A stretch of DNA of 64,000 nt from Eledone cirrhosa (Eukaryota), in assembly GCA_964016885.1 (NCBI GenBank), contig OZ024742.1:36270001-36334000 (forward strand), written 5' to 3'. This document shows, in pieces, positions 27,401 to 42,400 of the stretch. The notes beneath the pieces were generated by a model that did not search any database, had not been told where the DNA came from, and was given only the letters and a program-made list of their open reading frames with translations. The position numbers and the translations under genes are program-made. The number at the start of each line of letters is the position of its first letter. Positions within the stretch are counted from its first letter, which is position 1.

Positions 27401-30400
27401 GTTGTTGATGATGTTGTTGATGTTGTTGTTGGTGGAGCTCTTTTAGTTGCTCCTGTTGTTGATGATGTTGTTGTTGTTGTTGTTGTTGGTGGCGGTCTTT
27501 AAGTTGCTCCTGTTGTTGATGATGTTGTTGATGTTGTTGTTGGTGGCGGTCTTTTAGTTGCTCTTGTTGTTGATGATGTTGTTGATGTTGTTGTTGTTGG
27601 TGGCGGTCTTTAAGTTGCTCCTGTTGTTGATGATGTTGTTGATGTTGTTGTTGGTGGAGCTCTTTTAGTTGCTCTTGTTGTTGATGATGTTGTTGATGTT
27701 GTTGTTGGTGGAGCTCTTTTAGTTGCTCCTGTTGTTGATGATGTTGTTGTTGTTGTTGTTGTTGGTGGCGGTCTTTAAGTTGCTCCTGTTGTTGATGATG
27801 TTGTTGATGTTGTTGTTGGTGGCGGTCTTTTAGTTGCTCTTGTTGTTGATGATGTTGTTGATGTTATTGTTGGTGGAGCTCTTTTAGTTGCTCTTGTTGT
27901 TGATGATGTTGTTGATGTTGTTGTTGTTGGTGGCGGTCTTTAAGTTGCTCCTGTTGTTGATGATGTTGTTGATGTTGTTGTTGTTGGTGGAGGTCTTTTA
28001 GTTGCTCCTGTTGTTGATGATGTTGTTGATGTTGTTGTTGTTGGTGGCGGTATTTTAGTTGCTCCTGTTGTTGATGATGTAGTTGGTGTTGTTGTTGGTG
28101 GCGGTCTTTTAGTTGCTCCTGTTGTTGATGATGTTGTTGATGTTGTTGTTGGTGGTGGTCTTTTAGTTGCTCTTGTTTTTGTTGTTGTTGGTGGAGGTCT
28201 TTTAGTTGCTCTTGTTGTTGATGATGTTGTTGATGTTGTTGTTGTTGGTGGCGGTCTTTTAGTTGCTCTTCTTGTTGATGATGTTGTTGATGTTGTTGTT
28301 TTTGGTGGCGGTCTTTTAGTTGCTCCTGTTGTTGATGATGTTCTTGATGTTGTTGTTGTTGGTGGCGGTCTTATAGTTGCTCTTGTTGTTGATGATGTTT
28401 TTGATGTTGTTGTTTTTGGTGGCGGGCTTTTAGTTGCTCTTGTTGTTGATGATGTTGTTGATGTTGTTGTTTTTGGTGGCGGTCTTTTAGTTGCTCTTGT
28501 TGTTGATGATGTTGTTGATGTTGTTGTTGGTAGCGGTCTTTTAGTTGCTTGTGTTGTTGATGATGTTGTTGATGTTGTTGTTGTTGGTGGCGGTCTTTTA
28601 GTTGCTCTTGTTGTTGATGATGTTGTTGATGTTGTTGTTGTTGGTGGCGGTCTTTTAGTTGCTCTTGTTGTTGATGATGTTGTTGATGTTGTTGTTGTTG
28701 GTGGCGGTCTTTTAGTTGCTCCTGTTGTTGATGATGTTGTTGATGTTGTTGTTGTTGGTGGCGGTCTTTTAGTTGCTCCTGTTGTTGATGATGTAGTTGA
28801 TGTTGTTGTTGGTGGTGGCGGTCTTTTAGTTGCTCCTGTTGTTGATGATCTTGTTGATGTTGTTGTTGGTGGTGGCGGTCTTTTAGTTGCTCCTGTTGTT
28901 TATGATGTTGTTGATGTTGTTGATTGTGGAGGTCTTTTAGTTGCTCCTGTTGTTGATGATGTTGTTGATGTTGTTGTTGTTGGTGGAGGTCTTTTAGTTG
29001 CTCTTGTTGTTGATGATGTTGTTGATGTTGTTGTTGTTGGTGGTCTTTTAATTGCTCTTGTTGTTGATGATGTTGTTGATGTTGTTGTTGGTGGCGGTCT
29101 TTTAGTTGCTCTTGTTGTTGATGATGTTGTTGATGTTGTTGTTGTTGGTGGTCTTTTAATTGCTCTTGTTGTTGATGATGTTGTTGATGTTGTTGTTGGT
29201 GGCGGTCTTTTAGTTGCTCCTGTTGTTGATGATGTAGTTGATGTTGTTGTTGGTGGAGGTCTTTTAGTTGCTCCTGTTGTTGATGATGTAGTTGATGTTG
29301 TTGTTGGTGGAGGTCTTTTAGTTGCTCTTGTTGTTGATGTCGTTGATGTTGTTGTTGGTGGAGGTCTTTTAGTTGCTCCTGTTGTTGATGATATTGATGT
29401 TGTTGTTGGTGGTGGCGGTCTTTTAGTTGCTCTTGTTGTTGATGATGTTGTTGATGTTGTTGTTGTTGGTGGCCGTCTTTTAGTTGCTCTTGTTCTTGAT
29501 GATGTTGTTGATGTTGTTGTTGTTGGTGGCGGTCTTTTAGTTGCTCTTGCTGTTGATGATGTTGTTGATGTTGTTGTTGTTGGTGGCGGTCTTTTAGTTG
29601 CTCCTGTTGTTGATGATGTTGTTGATGTTGTTGTTGTTGGTGGCCGTCTTTTAGTTGCTCTTGTTCTTGATGATGTTGTTGATGTTGTTGTTGTTGGTGG
29701 CGGTCTTTTAGTTGCTCTTGCTGTTGATGATGTTGTTGATGTTGTTGTTGTTGGTGGCGGTCTTTTAGTTGCTCTTGTTGTTGATGATGTTGTGGATGTT
29801 GTTGTTGGTGGCGGTCTTTTAGTTGCTCATGTTGTTGATGATGTTGTGGATGTTGTTGTTGGTGGCGGTCTTTTAGTTGCTCTTGTTGTTGATGATGTTG
29901 TTGATGTTGTTGTTGGTGGCGGTCTTTTAGTTGCTCTTGTTGTTGATGATGTAGTTGATGTTGTTGTTGTTGGTGGAGGTCTTTTAGTTGCTCGTGTTGT
30001 TGATGATGTTGTTGATGTTGTTGTTGGTGGTGGCGGTCTTTTAGTTGCTCCTGTTGTTGATGATGTTGTTGATGTTGTTGTTGGTGGAGGTCTTTTAGTT
30101 GCTCGTGTTGTTGATGATGTTGTTGATGTTGTTGTTGGTGGTGGCGGTCTTTTAGTTGCTCTTGTTATTGATGATGTTGTTGATGTTGTTGTTGTTGGTG
30201 GCGGTGTTTTAGTTGCTCCTGTTGTTGATGATGTTGTTGATGTTGTTGTTGGTGGCGGTCTTTTAGTTGCTCCTGTTGTTGATGATGTTGTTGATGTTGT
30301 TGTTGGTGGAGGTCTTTTAGTGGCTCTTGTTATTGATGATGTTGTTGATGTTGTTGTTGTTGGTGGCGGTCTTTTATTTGCTCCTGTTGTTGATGATGTT

Positions 30401-33400
30401 GTTGATGTTGTTGTTGTTGGTGGCGGTGTTTTAGTTGCTCTTGTTGTTGATGATGTTGTTGATGTTGTTGTTGTTGGTGGCGGTCTTTTATTTGCTCCTG
30501 TTGTTGATGATGTTGTTGATGTTGTTGTTGTTGGTGGCGGTCTTTTATTTGCTCCTGTTGTTGATGATGTTGTTGATGTTGTTGTTGTTGGTGGCGGTGT
30601 TTTAGTTGCTCTTGTTGTTGATGATGTTGTTGATGTTGTTGTTGTTGGTGGCGGTCTTTTATTTGCTCCTGTTGTTGATGATGTTGTTGATGTTGTTGTT
30701 GTTGGTGGCGGTCTTTTATTTGCTCCTGTTGTTGATGATGTTGTTGATGTTGTTGTTGTTGGTGGCGGTGTTTTAGTTGCTCTTGTTGTTGATGATGTTG
30801 TTGATGTTGTTGTTGTTGGTGGCGGTCTTTTATTTGCTCCTGTTGTTGATGATGTTGTTGATGTTGTTGTTGTTGGTGGCGGTCTTTTATTTGCTCCTGT
30901 TGTTGATGATGTTGTTGATGTTGTTGTTGTTGGTGGCGGTCTTTTATTTGCTCTTGTTGTTGATGTTGTTGTTGTTGTTGTTGTTGGTGGCGGTCTTTTA
31001 GTTGCTCCTGTTGTTGATGATGTTGTTGATGTTGTTGTTGGTGGAGGTCTTTTATTTGCTCCTGTTGTTGATGATGTAGTTGATGTTGTTGTTGGTGTAG
31101 GTCTTTTAGTTGCTCCTGTTTTTGATGATGTAGTTGATGTTGTTGTTGGTGGAGGTCTTTTAGTTGCTCTTGTTGTTGATGATGTTGTTTTTGGTGGCGG
31201 TCTTTTAGTTGCTCCTGTTATTGATGATGTAGTTGATGTTGTTGTTGGTGGAGGTCTTTTAGTTGCTCCTGTTGTTGATGATGTTGTTGAAGTTGTTGTT
31301 GTTGGTGGAGGTCTTTTAGTTGCTCTTGTTGTTGATGATGTTGTTGATGTTGTTGTTGTTGGTGGAGGTCTTTTAGTGGCTCTTGTTGTTGATGATGTTG
31401 TTGATGTTGTTGTTGGTGGCGGTCTTTTAGTTGCTCCTGTTGTTGATGATGTTGTTGATGTTGTTGTTGTTGTTGGTGGCGGTCTTTTAGTTGCTCCTGT
31501 TGTTGTTGTTGTTGGTGGAGGTCTTTTAGTTGCCCTTGTTGTTGATGATGTTGTTGATGGTGTTGTTGTTGGTGGCGGTCTTTTAGTTGCTCTTGTTGTT
31601 GATGTCGTTGATGTTGTTGTTGTTGGTGGCGGTCTTTTAGTTGCTCCTGTTGTTGATGATGTTGTTGATGTTGTTGTTGTTGTTGGAGGTCTTTTAGTTG
31701 CTCTTGTTGTTGATGATGTAGTTGATGTTGTTGTTGGTGGAGGTCTTTTAGTTGCTCCTGTTGTTGATGATGTTGTTGTTGTTGTTGTTGTTGGTGGCGG
31801 TCTTTTAGTTGCTCTTGTTGTTGATGATGTTGTTGATGTTGTTGTTGTTGGTGGCGGTCTTTAAGTTGCTCCTGTTGTTGATGATGTTGTTGATGTTGTT
31901 GTTGGTGGAGCTCTTTTAGTTGCTCTTGTTGTTGATGATGTTGTTGATGTTGTTGTTGGTGGAGCTCTTTTAGTTGCTCTTGTTGTTGATGATGTTGTTG
32001 TTGTTGTTGTTGTTGGTGGCGGTCTTTAAGTTGCTCCTGTTGTTGATGATGTTGTTGATGTTGTTGTTGGTGGAGCTCTTTTAGTTGTTCTTGTTGTTGA
32101 TGATGTTGTTGATGTTGTTGTTGGTGGAGCTCTTTTAGTTGCTCCTGTTGTTGATGATGTTGTTGTTGTTGTTGTTGTTGGTGGCGGTCTTTAAGTTGCT
32201 CCTGTTGTTGATGATGTTGTTGATGTTGTTGTTGGTGGCGGTCTTTTAGTTGCTCTTGTTGTTGATGATGTTGTTGATGTTGTTGTTGTTGGTGGCGGTC
32301 TTTAAGTTGCTCCTGTTGTTGATGATGTTGTTGATGTTGTTGTTGGTGGAGCTCTTTTAGTTGCTCTTGTTGTTGATGATGTTGTTGATGTTGTTGTTGG
32401 TGGAGCTCTTTTAGTTGCTCCTGTTGTTGATGATGTTGTTGTTGTTGTTGTTGTTGGTGGCGGTCTTTAAGTTGCTCCTGTTGTTGATGATGTTGTTGAT
32501 GTTGTTGTTGGTGGCGGTCTTTTAGTTGCTCTTGTTGTTGATGATGTTGTTGATGTTGTTGTTGGTGGAGCTCTTTTAGTTGCTCTTGTTGTTGATGATG
32601 TTGTTGATGTTGTTGTTGTTGGTGGCGGTCTTTAAGTTGCTCCTGTTGTTGATGATGTTGTTGATGTTGTTGTTGTTGGTGGAGGTCTTTTAGTTGCTCC
32701 TGTTGTTGATGATGTTGTTGATGTTGTTGTTGTTGGTGGCGGTATTTTAGTTGCTCCTGTTGTTGATGATGTAGTTGGTGTTGTTGTTGGTGGCGGTCTT
32801 TTAGTTGCTCCTGTTGTTGATGATGTTGTTGATGTTGTTGTTGGTGGTGGTCTTTTAGTTGCTCTTGTTGTTGTTGTTGGTGGAGGTCTTTTAGTTGCTC
32901 TTGTTGTTGATGATGTTGTTGATGATGTTGTTGGGGGCGGTCTTTTAGTTGCTCTTGTTGTTGATGATGTTGTTGATGTTGTTGTTGGTGGCGGTCTTTT
33001 AGTTGCTCCTGTTGTTGATGATGTTGTTGATGTTGTTGTTGGTGGTGGTCTTTTAGTTGCTCTTGTTTTTGTTGTTGTTGGTGGAGGTCTTTTAGTTGCT
33101 CTTGTTGTTGATGATGTTGTTGATGTTGTTGTTGTTGGTGGCGGTCTTTTAGTTGCTCTTCTTGTTGATGATGTTGTTGATGTTGTTGTTTTTGGTGGCG
33201 GTCTTTTAGTTGCTCCTGTTGTTGATGATGTTCTTGATGTTGTTGTTGTTGGTGGCGGTCTTATAGTTGCTCTTGTTGTTGATGATGTTTTTGATGTTGT
33301 TGTTTTTGGTGGCGGGCTTTTAGTTGCTCTTGTTGTTGATGATGTTGTTGATGTTGTTGTTTTTGGTGGCGGTCTTTTAGTTGCTCTTGTTGTTGATGAT

Positions 33401-36400
33401 GTTGTTGATGTTGTTGTTGGTAGCGGTCTTTTAGTTGCTTCTGTTGTTGATGATGTTGTTGATGTTGTTGTTGTTGGTGGCGGTCTTTTAGTTGCTCTTG
33501 TTGTTGATGATGTTGTTGATATTGTTGTTGTTGGTGGCGGTCTTTTAGTTGCTCTTGTTGTTGATGATGTTGTTGATGTTGTTGTTGTTGGTGGCGGCCT
33601 TTTAGTTGCTCCAGTTGTTGATGATGTTGTTGATGTTGTTGTTGTTGGTGGCGGTCTTTTAGTTGCTCCTGTTGTTGATGATGTAGTTGATGTTGTTGTT
33701 GGTGGTGGCGGTCTTTTAGTTGCTCCTGTTGTTGATGATCTTGTTGATGTTGTTGTTGGTGGTGGCGGTCTTTTAGTTGCTCCTGTTGTTTATGATGTTG
33801 TTGATGTTGTTGATTGTGGAGGTCTTTTAGTTGCTCCTGTTGTTGATGATGTTGTTGATGTTGTTGTTGTTGGTGGAGGTCTTTTAGTTGCTCTTGTTGT
33901 TGATGATGTTGTTGATGTTGTTGTTGTTGGTGGTCTTTTAATTGCTCTTGTTGTTGATGATGTTGTTGATGTTGTTGTTGGTGGCGGTCTTTTAGTTGCT
34001 CTTGTTGTTGATGATGTTGTTGATGTTGTTGTTGTTGGTGGTCTTTTAATTGCTCTTGTTGTTGATGATGTTGTTGATGTTGTTGTTGGTTGCGGTCTTT
34101 TAGTTGCTCCTGTTGTTGATGATGTAGTTGATGTTGTTGTTGGTGGAGGTCTTTTAGTTGCTCCTGTTGTTGATGATGTAGTTGATGTTGTTGTTGGTGG
34201 AGGTCTTTTAGTTGCTCTTGTTGTTGATGTCGTTGATGTTGTTGTTGGTGGAGGTCTTTTAGTTGCTCCTGTTGTTGATGATATTGATGTTGTTGTTGGT
34301 GGTGGCGGTCTTTTAGTTGCTCTTGTTGTTGATGATGTTGTTGATGTTGTTGTTGTTGGTGGCCGTCTTTTAGTTGCTCTTGTTCTTGATGATGTTGTTG
34401 ATGTTGTTGTTGTTGGTGGCGGTCTTTTAGTTGCTCTTGCTGTTGATGATGTTGTTGATGTTGTTGTTGTTGGTGGCGGTCTTTTAGTTGCTCCTGTTGT
34501 TGATGATGTTGTTGATGTTGTTGTTGTTGGTGGCCGTCTTTTAGTTGCTCTTGTTCTTGATGATGTTGTTGATGTTGTTGTTGTTGGTGGCGGTCTTTTA
34601 GTTGCTCTTGCTGTTGATGATGTTGTTGATGTTGTTGTTGTTGGTGGCGGTCTTTTAGTTGCTCTTGTTGTTGATGATGTTGTGGATGTTGTTGTTGGTG
34701 GCGGTCTTTTAGTTGCTCTTGTTGTTGATGATGTTGTGGATGTTGTTGTTGGTGGCGGTCTTTTAGTTGCTCTTGTTGTTGATGATGTTGTTGATGTTGT
34801 TGTTGGTGGCGGTCTTTTAGTTGCTCTTGTTGTTGATGATGTAGTTGATGTTGTTGTTGTTGGTGGAGGTCTTTTAGTTGCTCGTGTTGTTGATGATGTT
34901 GTTGATGTTGTTGTTGGTGGTGGCGGTCTTTTAGTTGCTCCTGTTGTTGATGATGTTGTTGATGTTGTTGTTGGTGGAGGTCTTTTAGTTGCTCGTGTTG
35001 TTGATGATGTTGTTGATGTTGTTGTTGGTGGTGGCGGTCTTTTAGTTGCTCTTGTTATTGATGATGTTGTTGATGTTGTTGTTGTTGGTGGCGGTGTTTT
35101 AGTTGCTCCTGTTGTTGATGATGTTGTTGATGTTGTTGTTGGTGGCGGTCTTTTAGTTGCTCCTGTTGTTGATGATGTTGTTGATGTTGTTGTTGGTGGA
35201 GGTCTTTTAGTTGCTCGTGTTGTTGATGATGTTGTTGATGTTGTTGTTGTTGGTGGCGGTCTTTTATTTGCTCCTGTTGTTGATGATGTTGTTGATGTTG
35301 TTGTTGTTGGTGGCGGTGTTTTAGTTGCTCTTGTTGTTGATGATGTTGTTGATGTTGTTGTTGTTGGTGGCGGTCTTTTATTTGCTCCTGTTGTTGATGA
35401 TGTTGTTGATGTTGTTGTTGTTGGTGGCGGTCTTTTATTTGCTCCTGTTGTTGATGATGTTGTTGATGTTGTTGTTGTTGGTGGCGGTGTTTTAGTTGCT
35501 CTTGTTGTTGATGATGTTGTTGATGTTGTTGTTGTTGGTGGCGGTCTTTTATTTGCTCCTGTTGTTGATGATGTTGTTGATGTTGTTGTTGTTGGTGGCG
35601 GTCTTTTATTTGCTCCTGTTGTTGATGATGTTGTTGATGTTGTTGTTGTTGGTGGCGGTGTTTTAGTTGCTCTTGTTGTTGATGATGTTGTTGATGTTGT
35701 TGTTGTTGGTGGCGGTCTTTTATTTGCTCCTGTTGTTGATGATGTTGTTGATGTTGTTGTTGTTGGTGGCGGTCTTTTATTTGCTCCTGTTGTTGATGAT
35801 GTTGTTGATGTTGTTGTTGTTGGTGGCGGTCTTTTATTTGCTCTTGTTGTTGATGTTGTTGTTGTTGTTGTTGTTGTTGGTGGCGGTCTTTTAGTTGCTC
35901 CTGTTGTTGATGATGTTGTTGATGTTGTTGTTGGTGGAGGTCTTTTATTTGCTCCTGTTGTTGATGATGTAGTTGATGTTGTTGTTGTTGGTGGCGGTCT
36001 TTTAGTTGCTCTTGTTGTTGATGATGTTGTTGATGTTGTTGTTGTTGGTGGCGGTCTTTTATTTGCTCTTGTTGTTGATGATGTTGTTGTTGTTGTTGTT
36101 GGTGGCGGTCTTTTAGTTGCTCCTGTTGTTGATGATGTTGTTGATGTTGTTGTTGGTGGAGGTCTTTTATTTGCTCCTGTTGTTGATGATGTAGTTGATG
36201 TTGTTGTTGTTGGTGGCGGTCTTTTAGTTGCTCTTGTTGTTGATGATGTTGTTGATGTTGTTGTTGTTGGTGGCGGTCTTTTATTTGCTCTTGTTGTTGA
36301 TGATGTTGTTGTTGTTGTTGTTGGTGGCGGTCTTTTAGTTGCTCCTGTTGTTGATGATGTTGTTGATGTTGTTGTTGGTGGAGGTCTTTTATTTGCTCCT

Positions 36401-39400
36401 GTTGTTGATGATGTAGTTGATGTTGTTGTTGTTGGTGGCGGTCTTTTAGTTGCTCTTGTTGTTGATGATGTTGTTGATGTTGTTGTTGTTGGTGGCGGTC
36501 TTTTAGTTGCTCTTGTTGTTGATGATGTTATTGATGTTGTTGTTGGTGGAGGTCTTTTAGTTGCTCTTGTTGTTGATGATGTTGTTGATGTTGTTGTTGG
36601 TGGAGGTCTTTTATTTGCTCTTGTTGTTGATGATGTTGTTGATGTTGTTGTTGGTGGTGGCGGTCTTTTATTTGCTCCTGTTGTTGATGATGTAGTTGAT
36701 GTTGTTGTTGTTGGTGGCGGTCTTTTAGTTGCTCTTGTTGTTGATGATGTTATTGATGTTGTTGTTGGTGGAGGTCTTTTAGTTGCTCTTGTTGTTGATG
36801 ATGTTGTTGATGTTGTTGTTGGTGGCGGTCTTTTAGTTGCTCTTGTTGTTGATGATGTTGTTGATGTTGTTGTTGGTGGAGGTCTTTTATTTGCTCCTGT
36901 TGTTGATGATGTAGTTGATGTTGTTGTTGTTGGTGGCGGTCTTTTAGTTGCTCCTGTTGTTGATGATGTTGTTGATGTTGTTGTTGTTGGTGGCGGTCTT
37001 TTATTTGCTCCTGTTGTTGATGATGTAGTTGATGTTGTTGTTGTTGGTGGCGGTCTTTTAGTTGCTCCTGTTGTTGATGATGTTGTTGATGTTGTTGTTG
37101 TTGGTGGCGGTCTTTTATTTGCTCCTGTTGTTGATGATGTAGTTGATGTTGTTGTTGTTGGTGGCGGTCTTTTAGTTGCTCCTGTTGTTGATGATGTAGT
37201 TGATGTTGTTGTTGTTGGTGGCGGTCTTTTAGTTGCTCCTGTTGTTGATGATGTTGTTGATGTTGTTGTTGTTGGTGGCGGTCTTTTATTTGCTCCTGTT
37301 GTTGATGATGTAGTTGATGTTGTTGTTGTTGGTGGAGGTCTTTTATTTGCTCCTGTTGTTGATGATGTTGTTGATGTTGTTGTTGTTGGTGGCGGTCTTT
37401 TATTTGCTCCTGTTGTTGATGATGTAGTTGATGTTGTTGTTGTTGGTGGCGGTCTTTTAGTTGCTCCTGTTGTTGATGATGTTGTTGATGTTGTTGTTGT
37501 TGGAGGTCTTTTAGTTGCTCTTGTTGTTGATGATGTTGTTGATGTTGTTGTTGTTGGTGGCGGTCTTTTAGTTGCTCTTGTTGTTGTTGTTGTTGGTGTA
37601 GGTCTTTTAGTTGCTCTTGTTGTTGATGATGTTGTTGATGTTGTTGTTGGTGGAGGTCTTTCAGTTGCTCTTGTTGTTGATGATGTGGTTGATGTTGTTG
37701 TTGGTGGAGGTCTTTTAGTTGCTCCTGTTGTTGATGATGTGGTTGATGTTGTTGTTGTTGGTGGTGGTCTTTTAGTTGCTCTTGCTGTTGTTGTTGTTGG
37801 TGGCGGTCTTTTAGTTGCTCTTGTTGTTGATGATGTAGTTGATGTTGTTTTTGTTGGCGGTCTGTTAGTTGCTCCTGTTGTTGATGATGTTGTTGATGTT
37901 GTTGTTGGTGGCGGTCTTTTAGTTGCTCTTGTTGTTGATGATGTTGTTGATGTTGTTGTTGTTGGTGGCGGTCTTTTAGTTGCTCTTGTTGATGTTGTTG
38001 TTGGTGGAGGTCTTTCAGTTGCTCTTGTTGTTGATGATGTGGTTGATGTTGTTGTTGGTGGAGGTCTTTTAGTTGCTCCTGTTGTTGATGATGTGGTTGA
38101 TGTTGTTGTTGTTGGTGGTGGTCTTTTAGTTGCTCTTGCTGTTGTTGTTGTTGGTGGCGGTCTTTTAGTTGCTCTTGTTGTTGATGATGTAGTTGATGTT
38201 GTTTTTGTTGGCGGTCTGTTAGTTGCTCCTGTTGTTGATGATGTTGTTGATGTTGTTGTTGGTGGCGGTCTTTTAGTTGCTCTTGTTGTTGATGATGTGG
38301 TTGATGTTGTTGTTGTTGGTGGAGGTCTTTTAGTTGCTCCTGTTGTTGATGATGTTGTTGATGTTGTTGTTGTTGGTGGCGGTCTTTTAGTTGCTCTTGT
38401 TGTTGATGATCTTGTTGATGTTGTTGTTGGTGGTGGTCTTTTAATTGCTCTTGTTGTTGATGATGTTGTTGATGTTGTTGTTGGTGGCGGTCTTTTAGTT
38501 GCTCTTGTTGTTGATGATGTTGTTGATGTTGTTGTTGGTGGCGGTCTTTTAGTTGCTCTTGTTGTTGATGATGTTGTTGATGTTGTTGTTGGTGGCGGTC
38601 TTTTAGTTGCTCTTGTTGTTGATGATGTTGTTGATGTTGTTGTTGTTGGTGGCGGTCTTTTAGTTGCTCTTGTTGTTGATGATGTTGTTGATGTTGTTGT
38701 TGGTGGCGGTCTTTTAGTTGCTCTTGTTGTTGATGATGTTGTTGATGTTGTTGTTGTTGGTGGCGGTCTTTTAGTTGCTCTTGTTGTTGATGATCTTGTT
38801 GATGTTGTTTTTATTGGTGGCGGTCTTTTAGTTGCTCTTGTTGTTGGTTTCGTTGATGTTGTTGTTGGTGGAGGTCTTTTAGTTGCTCTTGTTGTTGGTG
38901 GCGTTCTTTTAGTTGCTCTTGTTGTTGATGATGTAGTTGATGTTGTTTTTGTTGGTGGCGGTCTTTTAGTTGCTCTTGTTGTTGGTGTCGTTGATGTGTT
39001 GTTGGTGGTGGTCTTTTAGTTGCTCTTGTTGTTGTCGTTGTTGGTGGCGGTATTTTAGTTGCTCTTGTTGTTGATGATGTACTTGATGTTGTTTTTGTTG
39101 GTGGCGGTCTTTTAGTTGCTCTTGTTGTTGGTGTCGTTGATGTGTTGTTGGTGGTGGTCTTTTATTTTGTCTTGCTGTTGTTGTTGTTGGTGGCGGTTCT
39201 TTTAGTTGCTCTTGTTGTTGATGATGTAGTTGATGTTGTTTTTGTTGGCGGTCTGTTAGTTGCTCCTGTTGTTGATGATGTAGTTGATGTTGTTGTTGGT
39301 GGTGGCGGTCTTTTAGTTGCTCCTGTTGTTGATGATCTTGTTGATGTTGTTGTTGGTGGTGGCGGTCTTTTAGTTGCTCCTGTTGTTTATGATGTTGTTG

Positions 39401-42400
39401 ATGTTGTTGATTGTGGAGGTCTTTTAGTTGCTCCTGTTGTTGATGATGTTGTTGATGTTGTTGTTGTTGGTGGAGGTCTTTTAGTTGCTCTTGTTGTTGA
39501 TGATGTTGTTGATGTTGTTGTTGTTGGTGGTCTTTTAATTGCTCTTGTTGTTGATGATGTTGTTGATGTTGTTGTTGGTGGCGGTCTTTTAGTTGCTCTT
39601 TTTGTTGATGATGTTGTTGATGTTGTTGTTGTTGGTGGTCTTTTAATTGCTCTTGTTGTTGATGATGTTGTTGATGTTGTTGTTGGTTGCGGTCTTTTAG
39701 TTGCTCCTGTTGTTGATGATGTAGTTGATGTTGTTGTTGGTGGAGGTCTTTTAGTTGCTCCTGTTGTTGATGATGTAGTTGATGTTGTTGTTGGTGGAGG
39801 TCTTTTAGTTGCTCTTGTTGTTGATGTCGTTGATGTTGTTGTTGGTGGAGGTCTTTTAGTTGCTCCTGTTGTTGATGATATTGATGTTGTTGTTGGTGGT
39901 GGCGGTCTTTTAGTTGCTCTTGTTGTTGATGATGTTGTTGATGTTGTTGTTGTTGGTGGCCGTCTTTTAGTTGCTCTTGTTCTTGATGATGTTGTTGATG
40001 TTGTTGTTGTTGGTGGCGGTCTTTTAGTTGCTCTTGCTGTTGATGATGTTGTTGATGTTGTTGTTGTTGGTGGCGGTCTTTTAGTTGCTCCTGTTGTTGA
40101 TGATGTTGTTGATGTTGTTGTTGTTGGTGGCCGTCTTTTAGTTGCTCTTGTTCTTGATGATGTTGTTGATGTTGTTGTTGTTGGTGGCGGTCTTTTAGTT
40201 GCTCTTGCTGTTGATGATGTTGTTGATGTTGTTGTTGTTGGTGGCGGTCTTTTAGTTGCTCTTGTTGTTGATGATGTTGTGGATGTTGTTGTTGGTGGCG
40301 GTCTTTTAGTTGCTCTTGTTGTTGATGATGTTGTGGATGTTGTTGTTGGTGGCGGTCTTTTAGTTGCTCTTGTTGTTGATGATGTTGTTGATGTTGTTGT
40401 TGGTGGCGGTCTTTTAGTTGCTCTTGTTGTTGATGATGTAGTTGATGTTGTTGTTGTTGGTGGAGGTCTTTTAGTTGCTCGTGTTGTTGATGATGTTGTT
40501 GATGTTGTTGTTGGTGGTGGCGGTCTTTTAGTTGCTCCTGTTGTTGATGATGTTGTTGATGTTGTTGTTGGTGGAGGTCTTTTAGTTGCTCGTGTTGTTG
40601 ATGATGTTGTTGATGTTGTTGTTGGTGGTGGCGGTCTTTTAGTTGCTCTTGTTATTGATGATGTTGTTGATGTTGTTGTTGTTGGTGGCGGTGTTTTAGT
40701 TGCTCCTGTTGTTGATGATGTTGTTGATGTTGTTGTTGGTGGCGGTCTTTTAGTTGCTCCTGTTGTTGATGATGTTGTTGATGTTGTTGTTGGTGGAGGT
40801 CTTTTAGTTGCTCGTGTTGTTGATGATGTTGTTGATGTTGTTGTTGTTGGTGGCGGTCTTTTATTTGCTCCTGTTGTTGATGATGTTGTTGATGTTGTTG
40901 TTGTTGGTGGCGGTGTTTTAGTTGCTCTTGTTGTTGATGATGTTGTTGATGTTGTTGTTGTTGGTGGCGGTCTTTTATTTGCTCCTGTTGTTGATGATGT
41001 TGTTGATGTTGTTGTTGTTGGTGGCGGTCTTTTATTTGCTCCTGTTGTTGATGATGTTGTTGATGTTGTTGTTGTTGGTGGCGGTGTTTTAGTTGCTCTT
41101 GTTGTTGATGATGTTGTTGATGTTGTTGTTGTTGGTGGCGGTCTTTTATTTGCTCCTGTTGTTGATGATGTTGTTGATGTTGTTGTTGTTGGTGGCGGTC
41201 TTTTATTTGCTCCTGTTGTTGATGATGTTGTTGATGTTGTTGTTGTTGGTGGCGGTGTTTTAGTTGCTCTTGTTGTTGATGATGTTGTTGATGTTGTTGT
41301 TGTTGGTGGCGGTCTTTTATTTGCTCCTGTTGTTGATGATGTTGTTGATGTTGTTGTTGTTGGTGGCGGTCTTTTATTTGCTCCTGTTGTTGATGATGTT
41401 GTTGATGTTGTTGTTGTTGGTGGCGGTCTTTTATTTGCTCTTGTTGTTGATGTTGTTGTTGTTGTTGTTGTTGTTGGTGGCGGTCTTTTAGTTGCTCTTG
41501 TTGTTGATGATGTTGTTGATGTTGTTGTTGTTGGTGGCGGTCTTTTATTTGCTCTTGTTGTTGATGATGTTGTTGTTGTTGTTGTTGGTGGCGGTCTTTT
41601 AGTTGCTCCTGTTGTTGATGATGTTGTTGATGTTGTTGTTGGTGGAGGTCTTTTATTTGCTCCTGTTGTTGATGATGTAGTTGATGTTGTTGTTGTTGGT
41701 GGCGGTCTTTTAGTTGCTCTTGTTGTTGATGATGTTGTTGATGTTGTTGTTGTTGGTGGCGGTCTTTTATTTGCTCTTGTTGTTGATGATGTTGTTGTTG
41801 TTGTTGTTGGTGGCGGTCTTTTAGTTGCTCCTGTTGTTGATGATGTTGTTGATGTTGTTGTTGGTGGAGGTCTTTTATTTGCTCCTGTTGTTGATGATGT
41901 AGTTGATGTTGTTGTTGTTGGTGGCGGTCTTTTAGTTGCTCTTGTTGTTGATGATGTTGTTGATGTTGTTGTTGTTGGTGGCGGTCTTTTATTTGCTCTT
42001 GTTGTTGATGATGTTGTTGTTGTTGTTGTTGGTGGCGGTCTTTTAGTTGCTCCTGTTGTTGATGATGTTGTTGATGTTGTTGTTGGTGGAGGTCTTTTAT
42101 TTGCTCCTGTTGTTGATGATGTAGTTGATGTTGTTGTTGTTGGTGGCGGTCTTTTAGTTGCTCTTGTTGTTGATGATGTTGTTGATGTTGTTGTTGTTGG
42201 TGGCGGTCTTTTAGTTGCTCTTGTTGTTGATGATGTTATTGATGTTGTTGTTGGTGGAGGTCTTTTAGTTGCTCTTGTTGTTGATGATGTTGTTGATGTT
42301 GTTGTTGGTGGAGGTCTTTTATTTGCTCTTGTTGTTGATGATGTTGTTGATGTTGTTGTTGGTGGTGGCGGTCTTTTATTTGCTCCTGTTGTTGATGATG